NCBI GenBank assembly: GCA_018672235.1
Contig: JABHGE010000003.1
Coordinates: 13,828 to 77,827, forward strand
Direction: 5' to 3'
DNA from: Fidelibacterota bacterium
GTDB lineage: Bacteria > Fidelibacterota > Marinisomatia > Marinisomatales > Marinisomataceae
Length of the DNA: 64,000 nt
Shown here: positions 60,013 to 64,000 of the stretch, piece after piece
Layout: every line of letters starts with the position of its first letter
Numbering within the stretch: the stretch's first letter is position 1
Made by a program: the position numbers and the translations under genes
Notes under the pieces: generated by a model
The model's database searches: none
Told to the model about the DNA's origin: nothing
What the model saw: only the letters and a program-made list of their open reading frames with translations

Positions 60013-63000
60013 TTAATAAACGTCTAGACGTTGTTCTGGTTGAATTACAGCTAACTTCAGAATTTTATCTCCGTGGTTAGTCTCTATGTGTGCCACATAC
60101 ATTCCACTAGCAACTGGTAACTCGAAGTTGTTCTTCATGTTCCATGTTGCGTGTTGTGAAGCTGTATCGTTGTGGTGAATTGTTCTTACTAGTGTACCAT
60201 CAAGTGCAAAGATACGAATTGTCGCAGGACCTTCTTCAGGTAAGTGACTAAACATCACTCTACGATCTAGCGCATCACGCTCTTCTGGGTTATACCCGTA
60301 ATATGGATTTGGCCATACTGAGATACGATTTGGATCGTAACTGTTAGCCATCATACCCAATCCTTCAGTAGTAAACGTAAACGTATCTGCTGATGAATTT
60401 GGTTTGCTCATTTGCCACACTACAGAACTAGCTGTTGTGAAACCGCCCCAGTATTCAAAACCTGCCTGGGTTGGTAATACTCCTGATCCTAAATAGTCAG
60501 CAAACAATGTCGCTGTCATATATGGATATCCGATTCCTGCACCACTTGTAGTAGTCGCAGTACAAGAGCCTCCTGATCCCCAACCACAACCACCTGAGGT
60601 AGTTATGGAGTTCTCAACAATATATTGAGCCTCTTTAGCCGGATCATAATGAGATCCCGGATTACCTACAAAGGCATAGATCGGTTCAAATGAGTTCTTT
60701 CCGTAAACTGGACTTATCCAAAATTCACCTTCAAGATCATGTGTACCGGTACCATTATAGTCCCAATATGAAGAAAACATTTGCTCTTTGTTTCCAGTAG
60801 CAAAGTTATGTCTGTATGTTGACCATGAAACATAACCGTTAATTGCCTCAGAAAGATAATCGTAACCTAGTGATGGGGTACTAAAGTCTAGCTCCACATC
60901 ATCTGATTCCCAATAATTAAATCGGTCAAAGTCACGAGTATAAGGAGCGGCATAAGGTACACCTGCTCTATTTTCTAAAATATATCCTGTACGACCTAAA
61001 CTAGCAAAAGGTACATAAGAAACCGCAGGGTCTCTTTGTACTAGGTTTTCTTTCCAGCCGTGATCCCATTCACTTACTGATAGTAAGTCTTCTTGAGGAC
61101 CGTTGACTAGTAGTTGAATACCTTCAACAACTGGAGTTCCGCCTGGACCAACTTCAACACCTGTTGCAGTATTCACACCACCAACAACAGCGTTGTTAGC
61201 GATAAGAACTTCACCAGTCATATCGTTTGTTAGTGACCAGTTAACGGCTACAGTACCGTCTGGCATTGCATCATCCATTGTTACTGTATAGGTATCACCC
61301 GTCATTGCAGAAGCATCTACAACTACCACGTTTACTGAACCTTGAGACGGTCCAACGTGCACAGTTGCGATTATATCACCCGCTGAAGCAGTAGTCTCGC
61401 CTGCAGCAAATGTATTAGGTACTTCTGGTCTTACAGTAAGTACTGCCGGGCTACTTTCCAATGTTTTTGGAATCCCGGAAGCGTTGTAACCATATGCGGT
61501 TACACCATAATAATACGAACGATTTGTAATCAGCTTTGAATTACCATTTAATCCATCTGTTGTGATAGATTCAAAGTGTGCTAATCCACTATCTGATCCA
61601 AACTGCGTTCTAATGTTAATATTCTCACCTAACTCAGCATTAAATACTGTGTCGTAGATTTCAGTAGTTCCGTTTACAATATCATACGTAGCTAATCTTT
61701 TCTTAGCTCCGGCTCCTGATGCTGTTTCGTACTGATAAACATTGTATCCTTCGAATACAAAGCTTGTAGGGTCACCTGCTGCGTCTAGGTCAACTTCACT
61801 AAGCGCATTGTAACTTTCAGCCCTGTCGCCCCAAACCAATAACACTTGGTCTGCTAACGCACTCGCTGCCACAATTGGTGCAGGAGGTGAGTCAGGCAAA
61901 GCAAAGTCAATGTCGTAAGCTGTTTGAGCTAAGGCATCTACTTCTTTTAGGTAAGCTACAGAAGACAAGTTATCACCGCCACCAGCGTGGAAAATTCCAA
62001 ACACTACTTCTTGTGAGTCACCTGATGCCATAGTAAATGGACCAACACTCATTAGGAAACGTCTATCAGCTGATGCTGCATAGTTTCCGTCAACAGGGTT
62101 AGTTGTACTATGTGTTGTAGCAGCGTCTCCGTAGAAACAGAAACGTTGATCGTATAGATCACCGGCTATTTCATTTGGATACGCACTTCCATCTTTTCTT
62201 AAACCTTGTAAGTAAAAATACCCCTCTGTTTCATCAGCAGGGTCAGTGTATGTCGCATCTCCATTAATGTAGAATGCAAACGATGACATCTTAAGGTTCT
62301 TTTTACCTGGGTGGCGAGTACCAAACATCTTGGCCCCCAATGTACAATCTTCCGTTGCGTCACAATCTACCATTGGACCTTGAAAGAAGTCATACCCAGC
62401 TGCTGGAGTACCGACGCTTAAGTTGTCATAGACACTGTCCGCACCGTCATTCCAAACATAACCCATACCTAGCTCTACGTCACAACCAACAAAGTCGTCA
62501 CCAGCGTTTCCTAGATCAGGGTCTGACCATAGTCCCATGTAAGTATCGACTAAGGCATCTGAACCTTTATTAATAACTAATTGTTTTAAGAACACCATGT
62601 CACCAAATACGTCTGGTCTATCAAAACCAAACATAGTGGTTTGAATTTCAACATTCATTGGTGATGTTCCAAAATTCAATTTATAAGCTGGGTCTCCATC
62701 GTTGCTAACAAACCAAAGTACTTGGTCTCCTAGAAATTCTGGATGATCAGTTCCACCTGGTAGTGGAGTATAAACTCCGTCACCATCTACGTCAACCCAA
62801 GGTGCACCAAAATCAACTGGCCATTCTTGGAAGTCAGCGAAGTCAAGGGGGGAAGCTAACATAGATTTCTCTACTTTATAGATTCTGTGAACCGCAGCTA
62901 GCGGGTCACCACCCCATGGACCTGGACCCATGTCTTGTGTATAATCTCCAACGATTGTTCTGATAGAACCATTCACTGTCGCTCCCATCCATAAAGCAGA

Positions 63001-63252
63001 TTGGAAGATTGAGTGAGCTCCTGTACCCTTAGGCCATTCTAACGCTGAGTCACCAGAAATGTGGTAATCCAGAAATAGACCATTATTGGTTACATCGGCA
63101 TAGATTTTGTTCCCATCGAACGTACCACTGGAATCCACATAATTGGATGAGCTACTAAAGTTAGAAACAGCTTTGTCTCTCGCTTCAAGGCCAGTAGTTA
63201 CTGACAGCAACATCACCAATGTGAAAACGGTAATATTCTTTAAGATTTTCAT
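60013..63252 (-). CDS. Large secreted protein with T9SS type-A-like C-terminal sorting domain
   Basis: Signal peptide; LEWPKG, WSDPDLG..DD.VG.D, ADRR and FnIII-like PP.P...FEGY.VY...YYYGVTAY segments; CTD 'ISVWPNPY...IRIF.LDG.LVR...W...VASGMYV...K.AVI'. Confidence 0.8.
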   Translation of the reverse strand: MKILKNITVFTLVMLLSVTTGLEARDKAVSNFSSSSNYVDSSGTFDGNKIYADVTNNGLFLDYHISGDSALEWPKGTGAHSIFQSALWMGATVNGSIRTIVGDYTQDMGPGPWGGDPLAAVHRIYKVEKSMLASPLDFADFQEWPVDFGAPWVDVDGDGVYTPLPGGTDHPEFLGDQVLWFVSNDGDPAYKLNFGTSPMNVEIQTTMFGFDRPDVFGDMVFLKQLVINKGSDALVDTYMGLWSDPDLGNAGDDFVGCDVELGMGYVWNDGADSVYDNLSVGTPAAGYDFFQGPMVDCDATEDCTLGAKMFGTRHPGKKNLKMSSFAFYINGDATYTDPADETEGYFYLQGLRKDGSAYPNEIAGDLYDQRFCFYGDAATTHSTTNPVDGNYAASADRRFLMSVGPFTMASGDSQEVVFGIFHAGGGDNLSSVAYLKEVDALAQTAYDIDFALPDSPPAPIVAASALADQVLLVWGDRAESYNALSEVDLDAAGDPTSFVFEGYNVYQYETASGAGAKKRLATYDIVNGTTEIYDTVFNAELGENINIRTQFGSDSGLAHFESITTDGLNGNSKLITNRSYYYGVTAYGYNASGIPKTLESSPAVLTVRPEVPNTFAAGETTASAGDIIATVHVGPSQGSVNVVVVDASAMTGDTYTVTMDDAMPDGTVAVNWSLTNDMTGEVLIANNAVVGGVNTATGVEVGPGGTPVVEGIQLLVNGPQEDLLSVSEWDHGWKENLVQRDPAVSYVPFASLGRTGYILENRAGVPYAAPYTRDFDRFNYWESDDVELDFSTPSLGYDYLSEAINGYVSWSTYRHNFATGNKEQMFSSYWDYNGTGTHDLEGEFWISPVYGKNSFEPIYAFVGNPGSHYDPAKEAQYIVENSITTSGGCGWGSGGSCTATTTSGAGIGYPYMTATLFADYLGSGVLPTQAGFEYWGGFTTASSVVWQMSKPNSSADTFTFTTEGLGMMANSYDPNRISVWPNPYYGYNPEERDALDRRVMFSHLPEEGPATIRIFALDGTLVRTIHHNDTASQHATWNMKNNFELPVASGMYVAHIETNHGDKILKLAVIQPEQRLDVY

Positions 63253-63278
63253 ATTTACCTCTTTACCTTCTTATTTAA

Positions 63279-64000
63279 TTAAAAACTAATGTTCATACCA
63301 ACTCTGACTGTACGAGGAGCACTCCATCTACTAGGAAATGCTAAATTATCCTGGTAAAGTGCCGCTGCATCAACGTCAGGGTTAGTTGCTAATCTATTGG
63401 CAAGCCATTGCTGCCCACTTTCAGTTGCAACCCAGCCATCTTCAGCTACGTTACCGGTTCCATGATAAACATCATTAACCTGTTCTGCGTCTAGAACGTT
63501 AAACACTGCAAGATATGCATTTGCTGTCACGCCGCCCATTTTAAAGGCTCTGTCTACACGTAGATCAAGGTTAGTGAACGCAGGCATTGTACCTGAGTTT
63601 ACCGGACCCTCTGGAAATTCCCATCTGTTCTCAAAAACTGTACTATAGATTTGAGATGGTGTGTAGCGAGTACCACTACCAAAGCTCATTACAGCATTAA
63701 ATCCTGTATTAGCTAACGCACCAGTAGCATTCGGTGAACGCCAGTCAAGGATTACGTTTGCAGTATGAGTTTGGTCATAGTCTAATAGATTCATCGCTTT
63801 TGGATATCCATCATCTGTACCAATCCAAGTAACATAGAAGTTCTGTGATCCGTAAGATCCAGTACCTCTAGATTCTGAGTATGTATAATTTGCTTGCGCA
63901 TACAAACCTCTAGTTCTACGCATTTCAAAGTTTGTTGTCAAACCTTGTGAGACCATAACGTCTCCATTTAAATACTGTGCCCAGTTTTGTTGAGTATCTG
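63279..64000 (-). CDS. TonB-dependent receptor, C-terminal part (5' end outside the window)
   Basis: Frame is open to the window edge (DTQQNWAQYLNGDVMVSQG...). ANYTYS..G, LDYDQTHT, DLRVDRAF, V.NVLD and PRTVRVGMNISF motifs. Confidence 0.88.
   Translation of the reverse strand, partial: DTQQNWAQYLNGDVMVSQGLTTNFEMRRTRGLYAQANYTYSESRGTGSYGSQNFYVTWIGTDDGYPKAMNLLDYDQTHTANVILDWRSPNATGALANTGFNAVMSFGSGTRYTPSQIYSTVFENRWEFPEGPVNSGTMPAFTNLDLRVDRAFKMGGVTANAYLAVFNVLDAEQVNDVYHGTGNVAEDGWVATESGQQWLANRLATNPDVDAAALYQDNLAFPSRWSAPRTVRVGMNISF

Noticed and set aside
58944..64000. GC-richer region as a foreign genomic island
   Set aside because: The same bias appears in the other TBDR and the small-protein genes and fits Gly/Ala-rich, highly expressed proteins; there are no mobility genes or boundary repeats.
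1..64000. CRISPR arrays, rRNA, IS elements, defence systems
   Set aside because: No regularly spaced repeats or diagnostic genes seen; nearly all of the sequence is accounted for by the listed genes.

Overview
AT-rich, very densely packed bacterial chromosome segment dominated by housekeeping genes: hisS, topA, alpha2-type GlyRS, mnmA, rsfS, argS, ssrA, tRNA-Lys, gcvP, carAB, ligA, dnaE, prmC-prfA, L31-B, rho, folC, eno-ftsB, recO, proS and mgtE. The gene set (PorV-family protein, T9SS-type C-terminal domain, stand-alone GlmU nucleotidyltransferase domain, LytR_C-rsfS-argS order) and the streamlining suggest a marine FCB-group organism such as Marinimicrobia/SAR406; this is inference, not verified. 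I found no CRISPR array, integrase, transposase or phage genes. The most interesting items are: (1) a co-oriented TonB-receptor / large T9SS-CTD protein / PorV-family triad at the right end; (2) a ~75-nt promoter-to-terminator RNA with mutually exclusive pairings just upstream of tmRNA; (3) a tandem pair of paralogous ~70-aa membrane proteins with strong RBSs flanked by three hairpins; (4) an in-frame internally deleted Tat-exported flavin amine oxidase next to the tmRNA 3' end; (5) a TBDR-GGT-amidohydrolase-like cluster; and (6) a recurring TTGACA-N16-18-TANNTT promoter form. All functional calls come from motif recognition by eye, with no database searches.
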